Assembly (NCBI GenBank): GCA_963803805.1
Contig: CAWDOD010000002.1
Location: forward strand, 416,001 to 480,000
Length of the DNA: 64,000 nt
From: an uncultured cyanobacterium
Lineage (GTDB): Bacteria > Cyanobacteriota > Cyanobacteriia > Cyanobacteriales > CAWCAG01
Direction of reading: 5' to 3'
In this document: piece after piece, positions 31,166 to 40,784 of the stretch
Position numbering within the stretch: the first letter of the stretch is position 1
Layout of the letters: every line of letters begins with the position of its first letter
Notes under the pieces: model-generated
Database searches by the model: none
What the model was told of the DNA's origin: nothing
What the model saw: the letters and a program-made list of their open reading frames with translations, nothing else
Made by a program: the position numbers and the translations under genes

Positions 31166-31738
31166 CTATCTCATCATAGATGGTTCTTCACTTCCAACAT
31201 CATAGATACCCCATTCTTCAATACCCCTATTATTGAGGAGAATCATTTCTGCTCGTCTAATTTCATCACTGCTACCTTCGACAACAATAAGATAATCCCC
31301 CCTAGCAAAGCGATCGCTATATACTTTAGCGCGATCGCCAGGAATCCCTAAACCAGCTAAAGCGCCTACTATACCCCCGGAAATAGCACCAATGCCGCCA
31401 CCAGCTAGGGTAGAAGCTAGGGTAGAACCGATGGTTCCTGCTGTCACAACTGCCCCCACACCAGGAATAGCCACAGTGGCTACTCCTGCTAACAAGCCTC
31501 CTAACATACCTAAAGCTGTACCGGTGACAGAACCAATAGCTGCCCCTTCACCAGCTTCGTTGCCAGGGGCTTTATTCAAGTCTTTCCCTTCAATAGAGTC
31601 TTGTTTGTCAGCATCCTTAGCAATTATAGATACTTTATCCATAGGGAAGCCAGAAGTTTTCAGTTCATTGAGAGCGTATTCAACATCTTGCCTTCTTGAA
31701 AAGACACCGATGGCGCGTTGATAATAACCTAAAGCCAT
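31166..31738 (-). CDS. General stress protein (YflT/17M-like, glycine zipper)
   Basis: RAIGVF...ALNELKTSGFPMDKVSII, Gly/Ala-rich hairpin, LGIP...Y...GDYLIVV. Confidence 0.8.
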   Translation of the reverse strand: MALGYYQRAIGVFSRRQDVEYALNELKTSGFPMDKVSIIAKDADKQDSIEGKDLNKAPGNEAGEGAAIGSVTGTALGMLGGLLAGVATVAIPGVGAVVTAGTIGSTLASTLAGGGIGAISGGIVGALAGLGIPGDRAKVYSDRFARGDYLIVVEGSSDEIRRAEMILLNNRGIEEWGIYDVGSEEPSMMR

Positions 31739-31922
31739 AATTAATTTTAAATACTTTGTTTACATCGTTTCAATATTATGAAACCTCACCTTATTCCTCC
31801 TCATTCAGTAGAAGTAAGTTCTACTACTACTTTTTTAGGAAAAATGACTATAAGCTAAGTTAATAGCTATACAATTTGACATATTTTCACTTTCTAAACC
31901 AAGAGAATAAATAGAAAAATGA

Positions 31923-32975
31923 TTACTTGGCTTCCAAAGTTTTCACAGGAATAATTTGAACTTGCAAATAAATAGACTCCTCTAACTCAGATTCTAAAAA
32001 ACCTTTAAGTGATTTTACCTGCTCTTCAGAAATAGAGTTCAAAGGAGCAGCAACTTCTACTTCAATAAAAAGACCTTTTTTCGTTGGTGAAACTCGCAAA
32101 TAGCGAACATTTTCAGATGAAAAAGTCTCTGTCTTGGTAGTGATTAGCTTTTCCACATCTCGGCGAACATTCTTTTTAACCAAAAGATTTTTGAGAGACA
32201 AACCTAAAGGCAACATTAATAGAGAAAGCATCACCAAAGAGAAGAACAAGCCTTGCCTAGCTTTTTTTAAACTCCCGTAACGTTGACATAAAAAGACTAA
32301 TCCACCAGTAAAAATGATTCCTGTTAAATTAGTGATAAATAGTACCGAAGCCCCAGTACTAAGCTCATTTCTACCCAAGGCTAGACCAATGCCAATTACG
32401 CTTAAAGGAGGAACCAAAGCCACAGAAATTGCCACTCCCGGTAGGGCTTCAGCGATACGACGACGGGAGTTGGCAAATGCTCCGGCAGCCCCAGCAGCCA
32501 TTGCTATTCCCAAATCAATTAATGTCGGACTTGATCTGGCTAAAACTTCTGTTCCTACGGACTTTAAACCTAAGATATAAGTTGCTAAAAAAGCAGTGGC
32601 AATAGTTAAAATACACCCTTTTAAAGTAGTAAGTAAAGAACGCTTCAATAAACGACGATTTGCGACTACCATGGCATAGGCACTACCGATTATCGGTCCC
32701 ATCAAAGGTGCAATAATCATTGCCCCAATAATTACGGCAGCACTATTAGCAAGCAAGCCTAAAGTAGCAATGACTCCAGAAAGCCAAAGCATAAAATAAA
32801 AGCCAAAAGAAGGAACTGAACTTTGCCAGAGAAGCTTGTTTAAGCTAGCAATTGGTACAGGCCTTTCTACTAACCACTTCCATTCGCCACTATGAGCATT
32901 CCAATATTTGCCAAAGATTTGTTGAGGATAAAAAAGCCTTTTAGCCAAAAAAGACTTCATTTTGGTAAAGCTCAT
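31923..32975 (-). CDS. DUF389 / TIGR00341-family membrane protein
   Basis: IATLGLLANSAAVIIGAMIIAPLMGPI; LPGVAISVALVPPL. Confidence 0.88.
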   Translation of the reverse strand: MSFTKMKSFLAKRLFYPQQIFGKYWNAHSGEWKWLVERPVPIASLNKLLWQSSVPSFGFYFMLWLSGVIATLGLLANSAAVIIGAMIIAPLMGPIIGSAYAMVVANRRLLKRSLLTTLKGCILTIATAFLATYILGLKSVGTEVLARSSPTLIDLGIAMAAGAAGAFANSRRRIAEALPGVAISVALVPPLSVIGIGLALGRNELSTGASVLFITNLTGIIFTGGLVFLCQRYGSLKKARQGLFFSLVMLSLLMLPLGLSLKNLLVKKNVRRDVEKLITTKTETFSSENVRYLRVSPTKKGLFIEVEVAAPLNSISEEQVKSLKGFLESELEESIYLQVQIIPVKTLEAK

Positions 32976-33202
32976 AAAAAGAAACTTTTGGTAGAAAGTA
33001 TATTGAACCAGCTACTAAAGATGTAGGCTGCGATCGCTCATTTTACTCTTTAAAATAGTCTGGCGCCCAAAAATAAGTCTAATGAAATACATAAATTAGT
33101 CTTGCTTGCTATACACAAAATGTTTGGAAAATAATACTTTTACTTAAAAAAAGGATAAGTTCTATGTAATAGAAAACTTATCCCCTTAGTTTTTAGATGA
33201 TT

Positions 33203-33481
33203 CTAAGCTCTACGGGTAATTAGACCCCAGATGAAAATCAATAACATTGCTCCTAGAACTGCAAAAATAATACTAGGAAGACTAAAAGCACCTGCTGAAG
33301 CTGCGGCTGCACCACTGCTACCAAGCAACATTTGACCTAAATATCCGCCTACAAGGGCCCCCAAAATCCCTAAACCCAAGGTTGCGAAAATGCCGCCCCC
33401 TTGATGTCCTGGATAAATAAGTTTTGCTAGGGCCCCAGCAATCAAACCCAAAAGTAGCCAAGCAATAATACCTGTCATCAA
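33203..33481 (-). CDS. GlsB/YeaQ/YmgE stress-response membrane protein
   Basis: IIAWLLLGLIAGALAKLIYPG...LGILGALVGG...AVLGA. Confidence 0.9.
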   Translation of the reverse strand: MMTGIIAWLLLGLIAGALAKLIYPGHQGGGIFATLGLGILGALVGGYLGQMLLGSSGAAAASAGAFSLPSIIFAVLGAMLLIFIWGLITRRA

Positions 33482-33719
33482 CTTTCCTCCTTATAAAACT
33501 AAACTCTATGCTTTTCATTCTATGAGGATTATTTTTACTTTGAGCAATACAAAATATTAATAAAAGCAAACTCTAACTTTTGAAAAGACCAAGTATCTTC
33601 CTAAAGTTATAGTAAGTTATTACGAGGAATTTTTTTTTATGTACGAAGTATGATTCTTGATAAAGTCGTTCTTTGTTATTATAATTACAAACTTAGTAAT
33701 GTTAAAAAGGCACTAATTT

Positions 33720-33905
33720 ATGCATTTACTAATAACAGAAGCAGCTTCCCAAGCAGGAAGTTTTCCTTTAGCTGCAACCATATTATTAGTTGTCGGCTTT
33801 ATCGCCGCAGTATCTCTCGGCTCCATCGCTTGGTATAATTCTAAGCGTCCTGTTGGTTGGGAAGGTAAAGAACGTCCTGACGTAGTTCCCAAAGTTGATA
33901 AATAA
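33720..33905 (+). CDS. psb35: Photosystem II assembly protein Psb35-like
   Basis: Single TM followed by GSIAWYNSKRPVGWEGKERP. Confidence 0.7.
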   Translation: MHLLITEAASQAGSFPLAATILLVVGFIAAVSLGSIAWYNSKRPVGWEGKERPDVVPKVDK

Positions 33906-34020
33906 ACTTCAAGTCTTGAATTTTTTTGATTGCTAAGTTTGCTGTGCAAACTTCCTAGTCATTAAATGCTTTTCAATCTAAATCAAATAAATACTAAACA
34001 CAGTTTTTCAGAAAAAAATT

Positions 34021-34362
34021 ATGAGTGAACAAAAATCTTCTGGTGCTAACTACGACCGCAATCTAGTTACGGCTGAAACCGCAGCCCGTCAGGAAAGAGA
34101 GGGTAAAAATTTCAAGAAAACTCCTGAGAAAGAAGGAGACATAGATACAACTAGTGGCTACACAGTAGATAAAGAAGGATTAGCTAATAATTATGCTGTT
34201 GAACCTGAAATGTATGCAGAAACACCAGGGGATATGCAAAAAGATGAAGAAGAAGTAACCGCAGAGCGTAGCCAAGAACTTAAAGAAGTTAATAAAACCG
34301 ATGAAGATGGTAAACTCTCCAAAAATAAAGATGAGCGTGGCAAAGGGCCTGGAGTTATTTAA
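34021..34362 (+). CDS. Hydrophilic protein with a Psb34/Ssl1498-like motif
   Basis: YTVDKEGLANNYAVEPEMY; highly charged, no TM segment. Confidence 0.65.
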   Translation: MSEQKSSGANYDRNLVTAETAARQEREGKNFKKTPEKEGDIDTTSGYTVDKEGLANNYAVEPEMYAETPGDMQKDEEEVTAERSQELKEVNKTDEDGKLSKNKDERGKGPGVI

Positions 34363-34406
34363 TTGAGCTTTTACTTCTTTAGTTAGACAATTTTATTCAT
34401 TCTGTT

Positions 34407-34443
34407 AAAAGGAGCTGTCCAAAATAAATACAGCTCCTTTTTT
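34407..34443. terminator. Bidirectional intrinsic terminator
   Basis: AAAAGGAGCTGT-loop-ACAGCTCCTTTTTT between convergent genes. Confidence 0.8.
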
Positions 34444-34467
34444 ATATTTTTGATTTACTTATTAAAG

Positions 34468-36762
34468 TTACTCGGACTCTTGTAACTTCCTGCTTTGGTC
34501 ACGATCCAATTTTAAAATCAACACTCCCAAGGGTGGCAAGCACAAATCTAAGGAATAAGAGTGATTGTGAAATGACCACTCATCAGTCCATTTTCCTCCT
34601 AAATTACCCATGTTACTACCACCATATTGACGAGCATCGCTATTAAATATTTCACTGTAAAAACCAGCTTCTGGAACCCCAACCCGATAATGACTGTGGG
34701 GTTGAGGGGTGAAGTTACAAACTGCCAGCAAAAAATCATCTGATTTCTCGCTACGACGTAGGAAAGAAACTACACTATGGCTGTTATCACTACAATCAAT
34801 CCACTCAAATCCTGCTTGGTCAAAATCTTGGCTATATAGGGCTGATTCTGTTTGGTAGAGGGCATTGATGTCGCTAATGAATTGCTTAAACTGGTTATGA
34901 GGAGGATGTTGTAGCAAGTGCCACTCTAAATCTGCCCACACATTCCACTCACTCCATTGTCCAAACTCCATGCTCATAAATAGAGTCTTTTTGCCGGGAT
35001 GAGCAAACATATAGGTAAATAAGCAGCGCACGTTGGCAAATTTTTGCCAAATATCTCCAGGCATTTTGCCTAACATATTACTTTTGCCATGGACAATTTC
35101 ATCATGAGACAGAGCCAGCATATAATTCTCGCTATGGTTGTACCACATACTGAAGGTGATATTATTTTGGTGAAATTGACGGAACCAAGGGTCCATAGCA
35201 AAATAATCCAGCATATCGTGCATCCAACCCATATCCCACTTAAGGTTAAAACCTAACCCTCCTACATAGGTAGGCCAAGAAACCATTGGCCAATCAGTGG
35301 ATTCTTCAGCGATGGAAAGAATGCCGGGATAGTAGCTAAAGATAACGTTGTTTGCCTGGCGCAAGAAATCAGCAGCTTCAATGTTTTCCCGTCCCCCATA
35401 TTGGTTTGTTACCCATTCCCCTGGTTCACGACAATAATCGAGGTACAACATCGAAGCTACGGCATCAACCCGAATACCATCAATATGATATTTGTCAAAC
35501 CAGAATAGGGCATTGCTAACCAGAAAGTTCCGTACTTCGTTGCGAGAATAGTTGAAAACTAAAGTTCCCCACTCCTTATGTTCTCCCTTACGGGGATCGG
35601 CGTGTTCGTAGAGATGGGTTCCGTCAAAGAAAGCTAAACCATGTCCATCTTTGGGAAAGTGACCTGGAACCCAATCTACAATGACACCAATGTTATTTTG
35701 GTGGCACTTATCAACGAAATACATAAAGTCTTCTGGAGTGCCGTAGCGGGATGTAGGAGCAAAGTATCCCGTTACTTGATAGCCCCAGAACTCGTCAAAA
35801 GGATGTTCTGCTATGGGTAATAATTCAATGTGAGTAAAACCTAATTCTTTGACGTAGGGAATAAGTTTTTCTGCTAGTTCATAGTAAGTAAGGAAGCGCG
35901 CTTCTGGTTTTAGTTCGGAAACTTGTACCTTTTCACCTTCTCCTTTCAGGGTTAGGGCTGGTTCTGCCGAGGAAGTATGCAACCATGAACCTAAATGAAC
36001 TTCATACACAGAGATGGGCTTTTTCAACGCCTCGGTGTTACGACGTTGTTCCATCCAACTACTATCATTCCATTCATAGACTTCGAGATCCGTAACGATA
36101 GAGGCTGTTTTCGGACGTACTTCTTGTTGAAAGCCGTAGGGATCTGATTTTTCGTAGATATGGCCTTCGTAGTTTTTAATCTCGTATTTGTAATGTTCTC
36201 CAGGGGCTATTTGAGGGATAAATAGTTCCCAAACACTATCATTACGTTTACGCATTTGGTGCTGCCGCCCATCCCAGTGGTTGAAATCTCCTAAGATAGA
36301 TACGTTACGGCCACTAGGGGCCCAAACTGCGAAGTATACACCTTTGATACCATCAACTTCTGTGGGGTGAGCGCCTAATTTTTCATAAATGCGATGGTGG
36401 TTGCCTTCTGCAAAGAGATGGAGATCAAAGTCTGTTAATTTAGGGGAACGGAAAGCGTAGGGGTCATAGGTTACTCGCTCCTGTTCTCCCTCTTTGATCC
36501 GTAATTGATAGTTATTAAACTCAGTATCGTCTATTTCGCACTCAAAAAAGTTGGGGTGATAAACAGACTTCATTGCATACTCAGTACGTTTATCGGGGCA
36601 GATAACCCAAGCTGCTTCTGCTTTTGGTAAGTAAGCCCGCACAACCCAACCTTTGATCGTACCGTTTTCTTGTATGGGATGAGAACCTAATATCTCAAAG
36701 GGGTCATGGTGTTGATTCCAAACAATTTTGTCAACCTGTTCGGGAGCGATCATTGTAGACAT
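34468..36762 (-). CDS. glgB: 1,4-alpha-glucan branching enzyme
   Basis: FAVWAP, YEVHLGSW, DWVPGHF, RVDAVASMLY, AEES, LSHDE. Confidence 0.97.
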   Translation of the reverse strand: MSTMIAPEQVDKIVWNQHHDPFEILGSHPIQENGTIKGWVVRAYLPKAEAAWVICPDKRTEYAMKSVYHPNFFECEIDDTEFNNYQLRIKEGEQERVTYDPYAFRSPKLTDFDLHLFAEGNHHRIYEKLGAHPTEVDGIKGVYFAVWAPSGRNVSILGDFNHWDGRQHQMRKRNDSVWELFIPQIAPGEHYKYEIKNYEGHIYEKSDPYGFQQEVRPKTASIVTDLEVYEWNDSSWMEQRRNTEALKKPISVYEVHLGSWLHTSSAEPALTLKGEGEKVQVSELKPEARFLTYYELAEKLIPYVKELGFTHIELLPIAEHPFDEFWGYQVTGYFAPTSRYGTPEDFMYFVDKCHQNNIGVIVDWVPGHFPKDGHGLAFFDGTHLYEHADPRKGEHKEWGTLVFNYSRNEVRNFLVSNALFWFDKYHIDGIRVDAVASMLYLDYCREPGEWVTNQYGGRENIEAADFLRQANNVIFSYYPGILSIAEESTDWPMVSWPTYVGGLGFNLKWDMGWMHDMLDYFAMDPWFRQFHQNNITFSMWYNHSENYMLALSHDEIVHGKSNMLGKMPGDIWQKFANVRCLFTYMFAHPGKKTLFMSMEFGQWSEWNVWADLEWHLLQHPPHNQFKQFISDINALYQTESALYSQDFDQAGFEWIDCSDNSHSVVSFLRRSEKSDDFLLAVCNFTPQPHSHYRVGVPEAGFYSEIFNSDARQYGGSNMGNLGGKWTDEWSFHNHSYSLDLCLPPLGVLILKLDRDQSRKLQESE

Positions 36763-36929
36763 TAAACTATCTTATTTATAAGGTTCGAGGGGCCAATAAA
36801 ACTATTAATAGGTTAACAATATTTAAGAATTGCTACAGATTTTTAGTTTTTGGATTTTGGCCTAATATATTACCCTAGATAGTTCGCCTTTACTCCAAAA
36901 CGAAGGGTCAATTTAGCAATTTGATAAGC

Positions 36930-37247
36930 CTATAAAGGAGTTATTGTACGGAATAACTGCCGTATTTGCAGTAAGAAAATAAGTTGTCTTGTTTTAGCGT
37001 TCAGTTCTGGTGCATAGGGAGACTGGGCTAACTGGGCTTCTAATTGGGCATATTCAGCCGCAGTGAGAACTTGTCCATCAACAGGCGATCGCGCTTCAGT
37101 AATAATTTCTGTACGTAGTACTTCTTCTGGGATATCTTCAGGGGGAGGTAAGGTTTGGGCTACTTGCACCACTGTAGGTAGTAGCCCTATATTTATGCCA
37201 ATTATTCCAGCCCAATACTTAGTTTTCATTCCAGGGATGCTAAGCAA
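36930..37247 (-). CDS. Conserved cyanobacterial hypothetical protein
   Basis: LPPPEDIPEEVLRTEIITEARSPVDG...LTAAEY; N-terminal hydrophobic segment. Confidence 0.7.
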   Translation of the reverse strand: MLSIPGMKTKYWAGIIGINIGLLPTVVQVAQTLPPPEDIPEEVLRTEIITEARSPVDGQVLTAAEYAQLEAQLAQSPYAPELNAKTRQLIFLLQIRQLFRTITPL

Positions 37248-37357
37248 GTTGATAAAAAAAATAAGACCTTAGATGTAGTTAAAAAATTAGCAGAAGCAGT
37301 ATGTGACGGGTTAAAACCGCGTCACCGATGTTTTACTTAATTTGATCAGAGTCCAGC

Positions 37358-37486
37358 TTATTCAGTTGGTGATGGTGCTTCTTCTGTGGGGGATTCTGCT
37401 GGTTCTTCACCAGCATCGTTGCAAGCAGCAAGAGGTAGAATCGCAGACAGAATTAAAGCTAGACCAATGAGCTTTTTAAAGTTCAT
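37358..37486 (-). CDS. Small lipoprotein (42 aa), not in ORF track
   Basis: MNFKKLIGLALILSAILPLAAC-NDAGEEPAESPTEEAPSPTE; lipobox LAAC; AAGGGG RBS; downstream hairpin near 37302-37326. Confidence 0.75.
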   Translation of the reverse strand: MNFKKLIGLALILSAILPLAACNDAGEEPAESPTEEAPSPTE

Positions 37487-37697
37487 GTTTTTCCCCTTAT
37501 ACGGAGCTAATATTATAACTAAGCAACTGTAGCATGAAAGTTTTCTTCTTTCCTCTTTCTTGGGAAAGAAGCAAGAGAAGTGACTTTTGTACTAGCTACT
37601 TTTTGTGATCTATATGGTTTTTAGATAAATTGCCGAGGGAGGATTTAAGCTTACCTTTACCAATAAGTAAAGCTTCTATTCAGATACTCTTTGCTAT

Positions 37698-38597
37698 TTA
37701 CGAAATTGCGTTTTTAATTTTTTTCCTAACAGAAGTAACTAATTCTTGGGGATGACGAGAAAAATAGGCTGTTCTAACTTTAATAAAATCAGTAAAACTA
37801 TCTACTGCAATATAGCTTTCTCTTCGCAAATAAATCCAGATGCTTTGATAATAAGGTAGCTTTTTTAAGTAACTATTCTCTAGGCTTTTTCGCCTTTTCA
37901 AGCTTTCACCGCTGCGATAGTCATTTAATGATTTAGTTCCTTCAAGTACTCGATAGTTACCCCAGATTTCATCAACATACTTTACGTTAGCTACTTGAAC
38001 TGCTTTAAATAGAAAATCCAAGTCCATTAGATAATTTTCTTGAATATCATATTCACCTATTTCTTCATGCAAACATTTATGATAAAAGTAAGCAGAGGGA
38101 TTAACAGGATGAGGATTGATCTTAAATCCTTTTAATAAGTCTGTTAAACATAGTTTCCGTGGTTTATTAATATATTTTAGCTCTTCCTTAGCATCCCAAA
38201 CATTACAATTGCCTACTAATAGACTTGGTTTAGGTAAATCAGTAAACAATTCTAAGATTCGATTAAGAACGTTAGCTTGGTAGTAATCATCTACATTCAA
38301 GATAGCAATAATGTCACCTTTAGCTAAAGCTATGGCTTTATTCATGGCATCTGACTGGCCTTGATCTGGAGCAGAAATTAAGCGAATATGAGCATACTTT
38401 TCCGCATATTTTTTGACAATATCGACAGTATTGTCTGTTGAGTCGCCATCCATAATAATATGCTCAACTTGGGGGCAATTTTGGGTAATCACAGCTTGAA
38501 GACAATCTTCAATATACTCTGCGCCGTTGTATACAGGGGTAATAACACTAATTTCACCTGTAGAATTCAGGTTAAATAAATCCTCGGACTTCGACAT
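37698..38597 (-). CDS. Glycosyltransferase family 2
   Basis: ISVITPVYN, IIMDGDSTD, DQGQSDAMNK, LNVDD. Confidence 0.92.
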   Translation of the reverse strand: MSKSEDLFNLNSTGEISVITPVYNGAEYIEDCLQAVITQNCPQVEHIIMDGDSTDNTVDIVKKYAEKYAHIRLISAPDQGQSDAMNKAIALAKGDIIAILNVDDYYQANVLNRILELFTDLPKPSLLVGNCNVWDAKEELKYINKPRKLCLTDLLKGFKINPHPVNPSAYFYHKCLHEEIGEYDIQENYLMDLDFLFKAVQVANVKYVDEIWGNYRVLEGTKSLNDYRSGESLKRRKSLENSYLKKLPYYQSIWIYLRRESYIAVDSFTDFIKVRTAYFSRHPQELVTSVRKKIKNAIS

Positions 38598-38692
38598 TTG
38601 TTGAGTAGGAATAATAAAATTAATTCAGGGTATAAAAATCTAGATTAACATAGAAAATATTTGGCAATTACTATAGACAGTCATTACAGCTT

Positions 38693-39994
38693 ATGAAAGT
38701 TCTTTATGATACATCATTACTTGGAGCTAGCACTGGTGCATATGGCTTTAAATCAGGGTTGTTTCGAGTCACAGAAACATTAGCTTCTGAGTTAGTTAAT
38801 CTTCCCGAATGCGAAGTTACTTTTGGTGCTGGTGTCTCTTTAGAGATATGGAGTAACTCCCAGAAATATTTAGAGTCTCATGCTCTTTTAAAAGAAGTTC
38901 CTTTTGTCAGTAATACTGAAGTAAATATAGCCAGAAGAAAGCTTTATGATTTAACCGAAAAATCTATTAATGTTTTCCATAAGTTAGGCTGGCGCAAAAC
39001 CAAAAAAATACGGGAAAGCTTACTAGATTTATGGGCATATAATTTTCAAGCTCTTTCTATTGAGGGCTTACAAAAACAAGATATCTATCACTCTTTATAT
39101 CACGTTATTCCTCAAAGAGTTAAGAAGGTCAAAACCCTTAGTCGCTTTTTAACAGTACATGACATTATTCCTATAATATATCCTCATTTCTTTGGTCTGG
39201 ATAAGAATTTTACTAAAGCCAAGAAAACTTACAATCTCAAAGAAAGTTTGGATAGCTTAGATAGAGATGATTGGCTCATTTGTGTCTCTCATTCTACCAA
39301 AAGCGACCTCTGTAATCACTTAGGCAACAAAATTGATGAACAGAAAGTTTTTGTTACTCATTTAGCTGCCTCAGATTTATTTTATCCTTGCACTAATCAG
39401 CAAAAGGTTGCGGCGGTAAAGAAGAAATATGCTATACCTGATGCGCCTTATATTTTAAGTTTGAGTACCTTAGAACCGAGAAAGAATATTGAGCAAACTA
39501 TTCGCTGTTTTGCAAGGCTTGTAGAACAGGAAAAAATTTCAGATTTGCATCTTGTTTTAGCCGGTAAAAAGGGCTGGAATTATGATGACATTTTCCAAGA
39601 AATTTCTAATAATCCCAAAATCAAAGAGCGGGTGATTTGTACAAATTATGTAGCTGATGAAGATTTAGCTGCACTTTATAGTAGTGCCTTAGTTTTTGTC
39701 TATCCTTCTTTTTATGAAGGTTTTGGTTTGCCACCTTTAGAGGCTATGCAATGTGGCACTCCGGTAATTACTTCTAATACTTCTTCTTTACCTGAAGTTG
39801 TTGGCGAGGCAGGAATTATGGTTGATCCTCACGATGAAGATGAACTTTGTCAGCAAATGCTGAAAGTTTATAATAACTCTTTATTTAGGGATTCTTTAGC
39901 TATTAAAGCAAAGGAACGTGCTAAAAAGTTTAGTTGGTCAAAATGCGCCCAGGAAACTATTGACGCTTATAAATATGCTATGGCTAATTCTTAG
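38693..39994 (+). CDS. Glycosyltransferase family 4 (mannosyltransferase-like)
   Basis: [29 protein letters not shown]. Confidence 0.93.
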   Translation: MKVLYDTSLLGASTGAYGFKSGLFRVTETLASELVNLPECEVTFGAGVSLEIWSNSQKYLESHALLKEVPFVSNTEVNIARRKLYDLTEKSINVFHKLGWRKTKKIRESLLDLWAYNFQALSIEGLQKQDIYHSLYHVIPQRVKKVKTLSRFLTVHDIIPIIYPHFFGLDKNFTKAKKTYNLKESLDSLDRDDWLICVSHSTKSDLCNHLGNKIDEQKVFVTHLAASDLFYPCTNQQKVAAVKKKYAIPDAPYILSLSTLEPRKNIEQTIRCFARLVEQEKISDLHLVLAGKKGWNYDDIFQEISNNPKIKERVICTNYVADEDLAALYSSALVFVYPSFYEGFGLPPLEAMQCGTPVITSNTSSLPEVVGEAGIMVDPHDEDELCQQMLKVYNNSLFRDSLAIKAKERAKKFSWSKCAQETIDAYKYAMANS

Positions 39995-40758
39995 TTGTCA
40001 ATATTAAGCTGTTCGAGAATCTTTCTAACTTCTACCAGAGAAAGGTCATAAACCGCAGCAATTTGTTCTATAGTTAAACCCAAGGATAATAGTCTGCTTA
40101 TCGCTCGTTGACGTTCAGACTCTGCTCGTTGACGCTCAGACTCTTCAGCAAGAGGATAAGGATTACCTTGTTCGTCGTACCAGTATAACCATTCCCTTGT
40201 CCACTCTACATAAGTCCCTCTACTTCTACCGATTCCTAAGCCTATTTCCGGTAGCCAGTAGGGTTCGTTTCCTATTTGTAAAACGTATTCTCCCTCTTCT
40301 AAACGATACAACTCCAGAGGCTGATGTCGCTCTCTTTGCCAATGACTGGGGTTATAAATCAGGTAGTAAAGTACTCCTAACCTTTTATATTTTTCTTTCT
40401 TCTGTTCGTACTCATCGTTATATTTCTTAGAAACTACTTCAATGGCAAACAGGGGCGGAATATAATCCTCTTCCCACAACACATAACTCAGCCTCCCTCT
40501 TTCTCCTTTGCGCCTGTCTACACCAATACTTAAGAAGCCATCGGGTACTAAAACAGGTTGACGTTGGTTTTCCAAAAGGTAGTAAACCCCCATATCTACC
40601 CCAAAAAACCAATCCTGCCGTTCTCGCCAAATAAAAGCCAGAATAGTTAAAAGTAAGTTAGGAACTAGGTTTTGTAGTTCATTATCCACAGGGGTATCAT
40701 CAGAGCAAGGTAACTCCTCACTGGTGGGTAAACGCGAAAGCGGTTCAAATTGTACCAT
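39991..40758 (-). CDS. Uma2 family endonuclease-like protein
   Basis: ELPCSDDTPVDNELQ, VPDGFL, AIEVVS; short RQRAESE coiled-coil repeat. Confidence 0.9.
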   Translation of the reverse strand: MVQFEPLSRLPTSEELPCSDDTPVDNELQNLVPNLLLTILAFIWRERQDWFFGVDMGVYYLLENQRQPVLVPDGFLSIGVDRRKGERGRLSYVLWEEDYIPPLFAIEVVSKKYNDEYEQKKEKYKRLGVLYYLIYNPSHWQRERHQPLELYRLEEGEYVLQIGNEPYWLPEIGLGIGRSRGTYVEWTREWLYWYDEQGNPYPLAEESERQRAESERQRAISRLLSLGLTIEQIAAVYDLSLVEVRKILEQLNIDN

Positions 40759-40784
40759 CTGTGGTTACTCCTTTAACTAAAAAA

